From the IMG/VR virus record IMGVR_UViG_3300042860_004240, positions 17,066 through 81,065 of that record: a stretch of DNA of 64,000 bases; one strand, written 5' to 3'. Shown piece after piece: positions 48,237-58,407 of the stretch. Origin of the DNA: a virus (lineage: Duplodnaviria > Caudoviricetes). The number at the start of each line of letters is the position of its first letter. Position 1 is the first letter of the stretch. The notes beneath the pieces are model-generated. The model was given only the letters and a program-made list of their open reading frames with translations, did no database searches and was not told the DNA's origin. The translations under genes and the position numbers were made by a program.

Positions 48237-51139
48237 TAGTCTTCGTCCTTCTTTATCATTACGTATACATAATGCACTACGAATGCAGATAACGTTGCTA
48301 TTAGTGTGATCCTTCTAGTATCACCAGAAAGTGTTGCGAAAACGATCACACTTCCAGATATAGTAAAAGCCATCGCTGCGGTTTCCCTTGAGAACTTTTT
48401 AACAAAGCCCCATGGACTGAATTTTTTGCTCATTGTACCCTCCTGGTATTTGAATATGCTATTTTTTGTAAAGTTACCTTTTTCAGGGCCTTCAGGGCCC
48501 TCGATCTCAACTTCTTCTTCCTCTTCTTCTTCTTTTCTTCCAGCTGGCATGCCTTCGCCACCTGGCTTATTATTATTTGGACCACCGCCAGAACCAGAAC
48601 CACCACCGAGTCCTCCTCCTGTTCCACCCATTGAAGCAGCTGCTGCAGCCAGTGCAGTTGTCGCTGCTATCATTGTCTTACGGGTTCCTACGTCGATACT
48701 AGAACCAACAGCAGTGTAATCGTCAAAGCCGTCACCATAGATGTCGACTTCTTGTTCTAGAGCTTCCTTAATGTCTTGCGGTGCGTCGGTAAGTGCTGCA
48801 GCCAATTCAGCTTCTTGTTCTGGCGTTACACTTGCTATATCCAACGAAGCAAAAACTTCTGTAGCTTGCTCTGGGGTTATGCTTTCCAAAACTTTAGGGC
48901 TTGCAGAAAGTTCAGCTGATTCATCTGCTGATATTTCGTTTTCCAGAATTGAATCAACAGCTGCCGAGACTTGATCTTCGGTAACGGTCTCAGATTCAAA
49001 GACATTGACTAATTCAGAAAATTGTTCCTGGGTAAGAGGTTCATCTAAAACAGCGGAGATAATTGCATCAAACTTTTCGTCTGAAATTGGCTCGTCAAAT
49101 ACTGCGTCAAGTGCTGCGCTAAATTGCTCTACAGTCAAAGGCTCAGAGAATACGGCATCAACCGCAGCAGAAAAGCTTTCATCAGACATAGGTCCATCAA
49201 ACACAGAATCAATCACTGTTACAAACTGCTCATCGTTTAGGTCCTGTGACAGTAAAGAATCTACTACTGCAGTTAATTCTTCAGGTGTATTAGCCTCTGT
49301 GATAAGATCACCAACAGCATCTGCGAGTTCCCCGTTTGATAATGGACCGTCAAAAATATCTGCTACAGCAGCGTCTGCAGCATCTTGCACTTCTTCAGGA
49401 ACTATAATATCTACTGGAGTGTCTTCTGGCTCTGGAGTAGGAACTGGATTTGGGTCTAGATCAGGGACTGAAACTGGAGTTTCATCTATTTCTGGAACAG
49501 AAACTGGACTTGGGTCTAAGTCAGGAATTGAAACAGTAGTATTTTCTGGTTCAGGTGTTGAAATTGGAGTTGGATCTAGTTCAGGTATTGAAACAGTAGT
49601 GTTTTCTGTTGGGATAGTTTCAATAGGAGGTAGAACAACCGCTGGTGCAGTAGTTGTTGTTGTCGTGCCTGTTGGTACTTGTGGGATTGTCGTTGTAGTA
49701 GTTGTTGTAGTAGTATAAGGCTCTGATGTTGTTACATCAGCAACTTCCTGAGGACCGTACAAACAGTTCCCTACTGCTTCGCCCACACATGGGGCGGTGC
49801 CTGCTTGAATCTTAAACCTTACAGGGCCATAACCGGTTTGGCCTGAAGTATTAATTGTATAAGTAGTGTTGGCAGCATATGTCCAAACTCCCCAACCACC
49901 AGACTCTGTATTGTTATCTAAATCATAAAAAAGAATATTGTACACATACGGCTGTGTGTTACTTGCGTTTGGTGCATCCCAATCTAATGTCACGCTTCCA
50001 TCATCATTTTCTACAGCTGTTAAGTTTTGAATTGAGTTAAAATAAGGTGCAGTAGTTGTAGTTGTTGTATCTGGCACTGTTGTTGTTGTTGTTGTTGTTG
50101 TTGTAGTGGTTGTAGTAGTTGTAGTGGTTGTAGTGGTTGTAGTGGTCGGTGCTGGTTCAGTAGTGGTAGTTGGAGGAAGAGTTGGTGCTGTTTCGTTATT
50201 TGGCTCAACTCCGCCAAATGTTTCGCAAGATCCACCCTGAGTACACTTTTGCGTTGATCCTATCTCGTCATCAACCATCAACACTGGAGGTAAACCTTGA
50301 TCATCTAGGTTGAATGATGTAAAACCAAGTTTGTATGTTCCTGACACAGAGACTTCATAAGTTGATACTTGCCAACCAGTAGCGCCGTAGGAGTTTGTTG
50401 AATAATCTCCTGTGCCTGGGTTTGTAAAGCCCAAAAGGGCATATGATTGTTCAAAGTTATTAACTGTAATTACTGGAGTTGATGCAACAGTGACAGGAGT
50501 AAGCGATGTTATAGAACCATCATTAAATGGAACATAGTCAGTCGCCATATAGTTCCAAGACATTGTGTAAACTACACCCGCAGTTAATTGAACTTCACGA
50601 GTAATCCATGCTGCATCGGTTGGATTACCACCGCCAAATCCAGCAGCAGTAGCCTGCTCTGCAAGCATGGTCTTAATTGCAGAGTTATCTGTTCCAGAAA
50701 GACCAAGTGCGGCGGTTGCTTGATTAAATGTTTGCTCACCTTTTGGTTGCAAAGCAACAGCGTATGTTCCGCCATTTGGAGAAAATGTCCAGCTACCTGC
50801 AGCAACCGCTGAGGCATAGTATGGGTTCGGGCTGCCATTTGAAAGCGTTGGGCTTCCCATTGCGCCATTTGGACCATGAGTAAATGTCCTTGAGCCATTG
50901 AATATGGTTACTCCAGTGCCACCTCCGTTAATTGAACTCCCAAGGGTTCCTGTTTGTGATCCCCTTGACCAACCAGTAAAGGTGTTATCTTCAAATCCCG
51001 CATTTGGAATAGAAACAGAGCTGCCAGTAGCATTTGCCTGAAATCCAGCTGAAGTAAAAATTGAAACGGCTATCATAGGCACAAAAACCCATGCAGCCGA
51101 ACGCGAAAAGGCCTTACTAATTTTTTTAAATATATTCAC
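48236..51139 (-). CDS. Large secreted/surface protein: signal peptide, beta-rich domain, poly-Thr linkers, FN3-like domain, Pro/acidic and helical repeats, C-terminal TMs
   Basis: 967 aa; 'NLTAV...SVTLDWDAP' FN3 pattern; ~17-aa 'AVFxxPLxxExFxxxxD' repeats. Confidence 0.8.
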   Translation of the reverse strand: MNIFKKISKAFSRSAAWVFVPMIAVSIFTSAGFQANATGSSVSIPNAGFEDNTFTGWSRGSQTGTLGSSINGGGTGVTIFNGSRTFTHGPNGAMGSPTLSNGSPNPYYASAVAAGSWTFSPNGGTYAVALQPKGEQTFNQATAALGLSGTDNSAIKTMLAEQATAAGFGGGNPTDAAWITREVQLTAGVVYTMSWNYMATDYVPFNDGSITSLTPVTVASTPVITVNNFEQSYALLGFTNPGTGDYSTNSYGATGWQVSTYEVSVSGTYKLGFTSFNLDDQGLPPVLMVDDEIGSTQKCTQGGSCETFGGVEPNNETAPTLPPTTTTEPAPTTTTTTTTTTTTTTTTTTTTTTTVPDTTTTTTAPYFNSIQNLTAVENDDGSVTLDWDAPNASNTQPYVYNILFYDLDNNTESGGWGVWTYAANTTYTINTSGQTGYGPVRFKIQAGTAPCVGEAVGNCLYGPQEVADVTTSEPYTTTTTTTTTIPQVPTGTTTTTTAPAVVLPPIETIPTENTTVSIPELDPTPISTPEPENTTVSIPDLDPSPVSVPEIDETPVSVPDLDPNPVPTPEPEDTPVDIIVPEEVQDAADAAVADIFDGPLSNGELADAVGDLITEANTPEELTAVVDSLLSQDLNDEQFVTVIDSVFDGPMSDESFSAAVDAVFSEPLTVEQFSAALDAVFDEPISDEKFDAIISAVLDEPLTQEQFSELVNVFESETVTEDQVSAAVDSILENEISADESAELSASPKVLESITPEQATEVFASLDIASVTPEQEAELAAALTDAPQDIKEALEQEVDIYGDGFDDYTAVGSSIDVGTRKTMIAATTALAAAAASMGGTGGGLGGGSGSGGGPNNNKPGGEGMPAGRKEEEEEEEVEIEGPEGPEKGNFTKNSIFKYQEGTMSKKFSPWGFVKKFSRETAAMAFTISGSVIVFATLSGDTRRITLIATLSAFVVHYVYVMIKKDED
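50050..50170. repeat. Trinucleotide (GTT/GTA/GTG)n low-complexity tract coding poly-Thr
   Basis: Visible imperfect triplet repeat. Confidence 0.85.
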
Positions 51140-51205
51140 TGGACCCCTCCAATTATGTACTGTTATAGTAACAACTCATAATAAAAATTAGTCCATAGAA
51201 AGGGA

Positions 51206-51239
51206 AGAACCCCAGTAGAAATTAATCCACTGGGGTTCT
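51206..51239 (-). terminator. Hairpin terminator downstream of the endolysin region
   Basis: AGAACCCCAGT pairs with ACTGGGGTTCT; pyrimidine tract follows on - strand. Confidence 0.6.
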
Positions 51240-51416
51240 GCACCGGCCTCCGTAGCAAGGAGATTATTATATCACATAGCTTAGTCTATATCTATCTCAT
51301 CATCAAAGTCTTTTATAGTGTCAATAACAATATAAAATAGTGCTACTGGCATTGCAAACATTGATAAAAAGATACTAAAAACTAAAATGTTTTTTAAAAT
51401 ACTCACTGATACCGTA

Positions 51417-52295
51417 TTACTTCATGCGCAAAAGAGCAAATACTTTTGCACCAGCTCTTCCATCAGCCTTAAGACCTTTGGCAGCTTTGAACTTGTTTAC
51501 AGAATCTTCTGTTACTTTTCCAAAGTCTCCATCTGCTTTGCCTGCATAAACCTTATGCTTTGCAAGAAGCTTTTGAAGCTCTACAACTTCTGGTCCTTTA
51601 GATCCAACAGACAAAACCTTGTCGTTGTCTGGATCTGCAGCCTTCTGTTGTTCTACTGGAACAGGAGCTGCTACTGGAGCAGGTGCTGCTACTGGAGCAG
51701 GTGCTGCACCGGAGAGTGCAGGAGCTTGCTTATCGCCAATGCAATACTGCCAATGCCAAGCTTCATACTCTGGGTTTGCTTTACCGTCTGGCTTAGTTGG
51801 TGCACCCTGTAGGTAGAACCCATAATTAGGTGCATTTTCAGTCATCCATGCGTAAGCCTTTGTTCCACCAATACCAACGATCTTACCTTTTGCATCAACA
51901 GCAAGGTCGATAGCCAATCCAAAACCGTGGTTAGAGGTTCCAGGGCTACCCGAAGGTGCCATGCCCTTCTTAAGATACCATTTCTTTCCTTCATAGGTTC
52001 TAGTAATCTCTGGCTTACGGTCAGTTGGCTTGTCGCTGTATCTTTCCTTAAACATTGAAAGCTGTTGCTCAACTGGTCGATAGTCACCAATGTTACGAAG
52101 CTTATGGCCTGCAGCCAATGCAGCATCATACATTGCATTGAATGCGTCTGCTGCTCCGGTCCACATAACACCGCCACACTTAACCTTCTTCTTCATCTTG
52201 TCGGTTAATTTGCCGTTACCAACCTTTTCTACCTCTTTAGGTAGAACCATTTTTGCTACGGGATGGGTCCCTTTGTCTTTGTTTAAAATGCTCAT
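51417..52295 (-). CDS. Endolysin: M15 (VanY-like) zinc peptidase plus PG_binding_1 domain
   Basis: YR...Q, PGTSNHGFGLAID, EAWH; C-terminal 'GSKGPEV.ELQ.LL...DG.FG..T...V..F...GL..DG..G'. Confidence 0.9.
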   Translation of the reverse strand: MSILNKDKGTHPVAKMVLPKEVEKVGNGKLTDKMKKKVKCGGVMWTGAADAFNAMYDAALAAGHKLRNIGDYRPVEQQLSMFKERYSDKPTDRKPEITRTYEGKKWYLKKGMAPSGSPGTSNHGFGLAIDLAVDAKGKIVGIGGTKAYAWMTENAPNYGFYLQGAPTKPDGKANPEYEAWHWQYCIGDKQAPALSGAAPAPVAAPAPVAAPVPVEQQKAADPDNDKVLSVGSKGPEVVELQKLLAKHKVYAGKADGDFGKVTEDSVNKFKAAKGLKADGRAGAKVFALLRMK

Positions 52296-52342
52296 TATTC
52301 TCCTTGGTTTGACTCTCTATTATAGTAATAGATTCTTCGCCA

Positions 52343-52375
52343 GAAAAAACTTAGCCCCCCATTTTACTGGGGGGC
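52343..52375 (-). terminator. Hairpin terminator
   Basis: GCCCCCCA pairs with TGGGGGGC; T-tract on - strand. Confidence 0.65.
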
Positions 52376-52496
52376 CTCGTAGCTCTTTACTGTCGGTTTC
52401 CGTGATATTTATTATACCACATCCACCTTCAGCGCATCTGACTTCGTAGAAATATTATACCACCTTATTGGTGGAAAAGGCAACTTGTTTGTCGTT

Positions 52497-53180
52497 TTAA
52501 GAAATGCCTAAGGAAGCTTTTATTTTAACAATATCATTATCCATATGATTATGCAGATAGTTTTCCCATTCTGCGCCATCAATTGAATATCTTTCTGGGG
52601 TATTTGTTTCAGAATATGATGCGTCCATATCTGATTTTCCAACAGAGTAATGAAGGTGTTCTATTATTACATTAGGACAGTATGTAATTGCTTCAAGCTT
52701 TAGCCCTACTTGCATCCAAAAATCATCAGCATATAGGTGCTTCTTTGGGTGGATAGGAAGAACCATGTTCCCATCAAGTGGTTTGATTATATTAGTGGAG
52801 AACATAACAGCGGTGCAAAGTTTTTCTCCCTGCAGGAGATCATCGCCGTAAGAAAATCCATACCCTCTTTTTTCTATTGGTTCTAATAAAATCTGATCCC
52901 AGTTTTTTGTTCTAATCCTATGATCATCTCCCATGAAGGCAAAGTACTCGTAGTCGTTGAAGTATTTTTGCGAGATTAGATTCATTGTCTGAGGAGCATA
53001 CACCCTAGGACCAACCTCATACATTGCTCCATCAATTCTTTCGTAATTGTGCTCATCATCTTCATCTAGACCAAAGACTATGTCACAGTCAAAAGAGTTT
53101 TCCATATATGTGCTATAAAGCTCTTTGACTTTATCCGGCCTACCTCTAGTAGGAACAATTAACAACACTTTTTTATTCAT
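52497..53180 (-). CDS. GT-A fold glycosyltransferase
   Basis: IVPTRGRP, FMGDDH, HLYADD, IEHLH. Confidence 0.8.
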   Translation of the reverse strand: MNKKVLLIVPTRGRPDKVKELYSTYMENSFDCDIVFGLDEDDEHNYERIDGAMYEVGPRVYAPQTMNLISQKYFNDYEYFAFMGDDHRIRTKNWDQILLEPIEKRGYGFSYGDDLLQGEKLCTAVMFSTNIIKPLDGNMVLPIHPKKHLYADDFWMQVGLKLEAITYCPNVIIEHLHYSVGKSDMDASYSETNTPERYSIDGAEWENYLHNHMDNDIVKIKASLGIS

Positions 53181-53834
53181 TTATTTTATCTCCGCATTTA
53201 TGTACCAATCATCCCATTCTGATATGGAATCGAATATTCTTATAAAATTTTTCTCTTCTAGAAAATTCTTTATCTTTTCTCTGTTATCAGAATAGTTATG
53301 CTCAACCGTAATAATGTTTATGTGTCTAGAGAAATCATATTCTTTTATAATATCAAATTCAGACCCTTCTGTGTCCATTGATAGATAATCAATTATAGCA
53401 GGTGCCGAAAAGTTATTTAAAAGATCAGATAAAGATATAGTTTCGACCTCATATGTGAGTCCATTGATCCTACTTACAGAATGTAAATCAGATTCTTTAT
53501 ATGAAGATATTGTAGAGAGCTCTTCATGTTCAGATTCAAAGAAACTAATTACATCTCCGCTTTTACTGTAAACGCATTTGTCAACGATAGTACATTTTCT
53601 ATTAGCACTTAGTCTATCTTTATAAACTCTAGCTGGTTCGCATAAGATACCTGACCAGCCATAGTCTTTTTCTAGCAGAAAAGTGTTAGATATATTAACG
53701 CCATCAGCTGCACCAAATTCAATAAAATATCCATCTCTCTTATTCTTTAGGGCCCATAGGACTAGTGCATCTTGGCCTAGTTGAGAATTAATATTAAATT
53801 CTTTTTTAAAACTAATAAAATCATTTATATTCAT
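53181..53834 (-). CDS. FkbM family methyltransferase
   Basis: FIEFGAADG...SNT..LE...W.GIL.EP; IDYLSMDTEGSE; TVEHN. Confidence 0.9.
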   Translation of the reverse strand: MNINDFISFKKEFNINSQLGQDALVLWALKNKRDGYFIEFGAADGVNISNTFLLEKDYGWSGILCEPARVYKDRLSANRKCTIVDKCVYSKSGDVISFFESEHEELSTISSYKESDLHSVSRINGLTYEVETISLSDLLNNFSAPAIIDYLSMDTEGSEFDIIKEYDFSRHINIITVEHNYSDNREKIKNFLEEKNFIRIFDSISEWDDWYINAEIK

Positions 53835-53849
53835 TTACTTTTTAACAAT

Positions 53850-54629
53850 CTAAACATAAAACCCCGGATGCTTATTCAAAACATATTCCTTTGATTTTTC
53901 CATATTACTAAACCAATTTGGATTGCTATTTCTAATAGTGGAACTTTCAAGTGCCTGTTGTTGAGATGCAACCCAGTTAACTGAATTACTTGCATCTGCA
54001 AATCTCCAAAACTGAAAAGTAAAACCCTGTTTTGCGCACCTTAATGTGTGCTCTAGGTGTTCCCAGCTATTATAGCACAAAGCTTCATCCATTAAACCAA
54101 CTTCTTCAATGCATTTCTTAGTGTAGAACGAGTATGATCCACAGCATGCTGTAAAAACGTCTATTCCATCGACTACTAGATCAGACTCACCAATCTCAGT
54201 AAGATCGCTAACAGCTAATGGAGAAGTATTCATGGGACTGTGATGGGCATAGTTAAAATGTTGAACATTGCTTTTTATCGAAACATCTATGTAACCAGTC
54301 ACAGCTTTTTCGTCGATAATTTGCATGTCGTTTTCCATTAAAAATATATAATCACAATTTTTATCTATAATTTTTTTTAGACAATTATTTTTTGTTACTG
54401 CAACGCTTTTATTTGTTTCGTTGATTATGTATTCGTATTCAAAATTAAAATTAAATTCATTAAGTATCTGATGTATTTCATCTCTATGTATTTCAGATGC
54501 ATCGTCGCATACTACCAAATAGTCAACAACACCACTTAGCTTATCTGCAACACTAGCTAAGGCTGTTCTTAAATATTCAGGACGTTCATGAGTGGGTATA
54601 CCAACCCCAACTTTTTTATTTAAATACAT
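53850..54629 (-). CDS. Glycosyltransferase family 2
   Basis: IPTHERP..L, VCDDAS, IFLMEND, VGLMDE. Confidence 0.82.
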   Translation of the reverse strand: MYLNKKVGVGIPTHERPEYLRTALASVADKLSGVVDYLVVCDDASEIHRDEIHQILNEFNFNFEYEYIINETNKSVAVTKNNCLKKIIDKNCDYIFLMENDMQIIDEKAVTGYIDVSIKSNVQHFNYAHHSPMNTSPLAVSDLTEIGESDLVVDGIDVFTACCGSYSFYTKKCIEEVGLMDEALCYNSWEHLEHTLRCAKQGFTFQFWRFADASNSVNWVASQQQALESSTIRNSNPNWFSNMEKSKEYVLNKHPGFYV

Positions 54630-55595
54630 TTATAGTTCCCCGTCTATTCTTTCGCGTATCCAATTATATGTTTTTTTAATTCCTTCAGATAAAGGAAGAG
54701 AATAATTCCAGTTTAACTTTTCTTTAATTAAATTGTTGTTTGAATTTCTTCCTCTTACTCCAGTTGGACCAGGGATGTGTGATTTGACCAAGTGCTTTCC
54801 TTCTATAGAGGAAGCTAGGTCTACCAGTTGGTTAATGCTAACCATTTCTTCTGAACCAATATTGACTGGTCCAATAAAATCAGAATCCATGAGTCTACGA
54901 GTAGCCTCAATGCATTCGTCTATATAAAGAAACGATCTTGTCTGTTCTCCATCCCCCCATATTTCTATAGAGTCTTGGTCTGACGCCACTGCAACTTTTC
55001 TACAAATGGCTGCGGGTGCTTTCTCTTTGCCACCTTTCCAAGTCCCTTCAGGGCCAAATATATTATGGTATCTAGCAACTCTCACTTTTATTCCATAGTT
55101 TCTGTGGAAAGAAAAATAAAGTCTTTCACTAAAAAGTTTTTCCCATCCATACTCACTGTCTGGATTTGCGGGATATGCAGAAGACTCTTCGCAATTTGGA
55201 TTATTTGGGTCCATTTGGTTATGCTCTGGGTAAATACATGCGGAGCTACTGTAGAAGATTTTAGTGTTTATAGAATTGTTTTTAATTGAATTTAATACAT
55301 TTAGATTAATTGTTGCTGAGTTATGCATAACATCTGCATCGTGATCGCCAGTAAATATATACCCAGCACCGCCCATGTCTGCGGCAAATTGATATATTTC
55401 ATCAAATCCAATTAAGATTTCATCAACAAACTGTGAGTCTCTTAGATCTCCAATTAAAAATTCATCTGCAGATGATTTAGAGAAATCAGGCAGCTTTAAG
55501 TCTACAGCTCTTACCCAATATCCTTCTTGTTTTAATCTTCTTACCATGTGGCTTCCGATAAAGCCACCACCACCTAAGACTAATGCTCTCTTCAT
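54630..55595 (-). CDS. NAD-dependent epimerase (GDP-mannose 3,5-epimerase-like)
   Basis: GGGGFIG, FAADMGGAG, SSACIYP, YGWEK, EKAPAAICRK. Confidence 0.92.
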   Translation of the reverse strand: MKRALVLGGGGFIGSHMVRRLKQEGYWVRAVDLKLPDFSKSSADEFLIGDLRDSQFVDEILIGFDEIYQFAADMGGAGYIFTGDHDADVMHNSATINLNVLNSIKNNSINTKIFYSSSACIYPEHNQMDPNNPNCEESSAYPANPDSEYGWEKLFSERLYFSFHRNYGIKVRVARYHNIFGPEGTWKGGKEKAPAAICRKVAVASDQDSIEIWGDGEQTRSFLYIDECIEATRRLMDSDFIGPVNIGSEEMVSINQLVDLASSIEGKHLVKSHIPGPTGVRGRNSNNNLIKEKLNWNYSLPLSEGIKKTYNWIRERIDGEL

Positions 55596-55614
55596 TTAAC
55601 TCTCCTTTATAGGG

Positions 55615-56493
55615 TTATTGGATCGATGATCCATCATAATTAACCCCTCGCGCATGCCAAACCTTTAGTCTAGATTCTTCATCCATCCATCCAGTGCCAT
55701 AGTCCCAACCGTAGTGGTACTCATGTGCCCACATGCACTTGAGGGCTTCAAGCTCATTAAAGTAGAAGCCACCCCACTTCTTATTGAACCAATCCCATGA
55801 TTGGGCTCCAAGTTCAGACCAGGTTTTTTCGTTGCCCTCTCCACTAGCATGGCCTACATGGTTAACGTAACCACTTTGAGAAATAAACAGTGGTAGCCCC
55901 ATAGCCTTGATCCTTATGCTGGTGTCAAAGTCGTCTGCACCCAAAGGCATAGCGTTGTCTAGAGGCCCCATAAGCTTGAAGGACTCTGCTCTCATTAGTA
56001 TACACGCTCCTTGCAAGCTAGAGGCTCTAGTGGGTGGCCTATTCTTTATCGCTGCGTAGAAGTCTTCACGCGAACTAAAACTAGAGTCTTCAGGGTGGTG
56101 GATAATATGATCTTGCATTCCTCCTAGTGCGCTGCCAGTTGGCCCCACTGCACCTGCGTTAGTCTCTATTAGATCCTTGACCATTCTTTCTAGGGACTCA
56201 TTTGGATAGCTAATATCATTATTGGAATAATGTATTATCTTCTCTTGATCATAGTATCTGTTAAACGCTGCGTTGATCGCAGGAGTCCAGTACATATTCT
56301 GGTCAGATGCATGAACTGTTATCAAATCACCAAACATATTGTTTAGTTGTTCCACTGTTCCATCTTTTGAATTGTTATCCCAGACGACAATCTTAGTTTT
56401 GATAGTCTGATTCAACAGACTTTCTACGGTCATGTATGTGTTCTTGAAATCATTGTATGAAATGATTATAGAAAGTATGCTCTTCTGGTCCAT
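55615..56493 (-). CDS. Glycosyltransferase family 2
   Basis: IISYN, WDNNSKDGT, SNND, GAC, DDFD..IR. Confidence 0.82.
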   Translation of the reverse strand: MDQKSILSIIISYNDFKNTYMTVESLLNQTIKTKIVVWDNNSKDGTVEQLNNMFGDLITVHASDQNMYWTPAINAAFNRYYDQEKIIHYSNNDISYPNESLERMVKDLIETNAGAVGPTGSALGGMQDHIIHHPEDSSFSSREDFYAAIKNRPPTRASSLQGACILMRAESFKLMGPLDNAMPLGADDFDTSIRIKAMGLPLFISQSGYVNHVGHASGEGNEKTWSELGAQSWDWFNKKWGGFYFNELEALKCMWAHEYHYGWDYGTGWMDEESRLKVWHARGVNYDGSSIQ

Positions 56494-56502
56494 TTTATCC
56501 TC

Positions 56503-57282
56503 TTAGTTAAATACCTTGGTGGTTATTACATTGCCTTTTCGTTCTTCCATCGGAGGCATTTCTCTTATGACAAGAACTCTTTGTATCCATCTGTCCGTAC
56601 CATCGTACCTAGGTTGAAACTCCCTACGTCCGTGGATAGTGCTATTGTTATCTATAACCAATAGATCACCAGATTGTAACACGATGTCAATTGTACATTG
56701 TTTTATGGCTGAACGCAAACTAACTAACGCGTTATTTGCTTCTTCATTTATTCCGCGCACAAAGTAACTATCGTAAGTGAAGGTAAGCTTGCCGTCTTTT
56801 TCCCCAACAATACTTATTGGTATCTGCTGGTCTTCTTCCCCGTTTGATCTAAAACTTATGTCTACACTGGTAGTAAAGATTTTCTTTTTTAAAACTTTTC
56901 TAGTATCTGGATCTAATATTTTTAGCACATCGGACAAATTAGCATACGTTGTTACAGCATTGGGGTCACCTCTAAGACAAAACAGCATAACGTAATCTGG
57001 CTTGTAGGGGTGAAATGCAGTTTCTGTATGCATCTCCAGCTCTACTTTAGATGAAGTAGATATTTGCTGGTGCTCCGTTTTATGAACTGGAACTATATTC
57101 TGTATAGTCAAGCCGTTTTGCTCTTGTATGTAACCAACAGGAAAACCAAATCGGTAGGCGTACTTATACACTATGTCTTTTACCTGTTGAAGCGCATAGT
57201 CAGGGTACGGAGTTGCCGGAGTCTTTGGTATGTCACCAAATTCAAGGTCTTTAAATATTATTACGCCCATGTTAAATGTCAA
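56503..57282 (-). CDS. Clavaminate-synthase-like (TauD superfamily) dioxygenase
   Basis: LEMHTETAFHP..PDY..L.CLR; GDLLVIDN..TIHGR..F.PRYDG.DRW..R. Confidence 0.9.
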   Translation of the reverse strand: MTFNMGVIIFKDLEFGDIPKTPATPYPDYALQQVKDIVYKYAYRFGFPVGYIQEQNGLTIQNIVPVHKTEHQQISTSSKVELEMHTETAFHPYKPDYVMLFCLRGDPNAVTTYANLSDVLKILDPDTRKVLKKKIFTTSVDISFRSNGEEDQQIPISIVGEKDGKLTFTYDSYFVRGINEEANNALVSLRSAIKQCTIDIVLQSGDLLVIDNNSTIHGRREFQPRYDGTDRWIQRVLVIREMPPMEERKGNVITTKVFN

Positions 57283-57493
57283 CCATCAAAGTTTTCATAA
57301 TCAAAAGATTTAATCTATGAAGATCATGTGGGGACATACTAAAAACAAAATCATGTCCTTCAACAGTTTGTATACTGATGCAGTGCACATCGACAATTTC
57401 TCCGCTTGATGCAAGGGAGTTAGTAAGAGCCGAGACTGTAACATTTTTGATTAATGGCATAAAGCCATCGAACATAGAGTAACCGTTTTCCAT
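57272..57493 (-). CDS. Hypothetical protein
   Basis: 73-aa ORF with TGTAGTATAAT promoter-like element upstream. Confidence 0.55.
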   Translation of the reverse strand: MENGYSMFDGFMPLIKNVTVSALTNSLASSGEIVDVHCISIQTVEGHDFVFSMSPHDLHRLNLLIMKTLMVDI

Positions 57494-57721
57494 GCACCTA
57501 TTATACTACAAGATAAAGTAGTAGGCTGTATTATTTAGATAATAGTATACCTATGGTCACAGCGTGTAGCGAAAAATATACTAAGTTTAAAATTAAAGCT
57601 TTAAAAGAATTTTTATTGATGTGCCAATGCATTTTGTGGTGGCCGTGGTCAGGATTAACGCCATCACCATTGCTGCAAGGTTGGTCGTTATGTACGTGAT
57701 GTTCTTTATTAGTGCAGTTCA

Positions 57722-57967
57722 TTAGCTCTTCTTGTTACTCGCTTTTGTATCATTAAGTTGTCCGGTTAAATGATCATGGATATGAGTGTCTAATTTATCC
57801 TCTATGCTTGCAACGTCTTCGTCAATATTGTTTATACTCACAAGAAGGTTATCAAGTTTATCTTTAACAAAACCATGATCTTTGACGTTTTCTCGACGCC
57901 CTTTTTCTACCATAATTGTTAGAAGCCCAAAAGCTCCAGTAACGATTGCAGCTATAACAAGTTCCAT
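57722..57967 (-). CDS. Small membrane protein with coiled coil
   Basis: N-terminal TM; 'RREN..DH..V...LD.HI.DH'. Confidence 0.6.
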   Translation of the reverse strand: MELVIAAIVTGAFGLLTIMVEKGRRENVKDHGFVKDKLDNLLVSINNIDEDVASIEDKLDTHIHDHLTGQLNDTKASNKKS

Positions 57968-58048
57968 TAGTTACCACCCTATGCTTTTGGTTATTTTAGC
58001 GTTAAGGTACATAGTAACACTATAAAACAATAACCTAGAAGAATAATA

Positions 58049-58336
58049 TTACTTTTTTGTATTATTCTTTTTTGGTGCTGGCTTTTTTGCTACTGGCTTC
58101 TTAGCTGCTGGCTTCTTAGTCTTTTTTACTTTGTCGACTTCGTTATTTACTTGCTTCTTTACTTCTTCAACAGAATTGTCTACAGCAATTGCTACCTTTT
58201 CTGCTTCTTCAACAACCTCTTTGACGACTACGTTAACCGAAGACTTGATGCTTTCGCTAGGAATAGAATCAATCAACTTCTTAACATCTTTGCCGGCCAT
58301 AAGCGCCTTAAGTCTAAGAACTAATTTTTTGAACAT
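58049..58336 (-). CDS. Hypothetical protein with histone-H1-like Lys/Ala/Pro tail
   Basis: KKPAAKKPVAKKPAPKK. Confidence 0.6.
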   Translation of the reverse strand: MFKKLVLRLKALMAGKDVKKLIDSIPSESIKSSVNVVVKEVVEEAEKVAIAVDNSVEEVKKQVNNEVDKVKKTKKPAAKKPVAKKPAPKKNNTKK

Positions 58337-58407
58337 GTTTTTACCTTTTCTTTAAAGTTTAAGTGGATTATCAGTATATACTATAGTAGCCAAATAAGTC
58401 AAATTGC

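Noticed and set aside
48306-49718. Long + strand ORFs (48306, 48741, 49005) and other antisense or alternate-frame ORFs in the track
   Set aside because: Shadows of real genes on the opposite strand; no RBS and no recognisable motifs.
50050-50170. Possible CRISPR array or tandem-repeat locus
   Set aside because: It is an in-frame poly-Thr triplet tract with no repeat-spacer structure.
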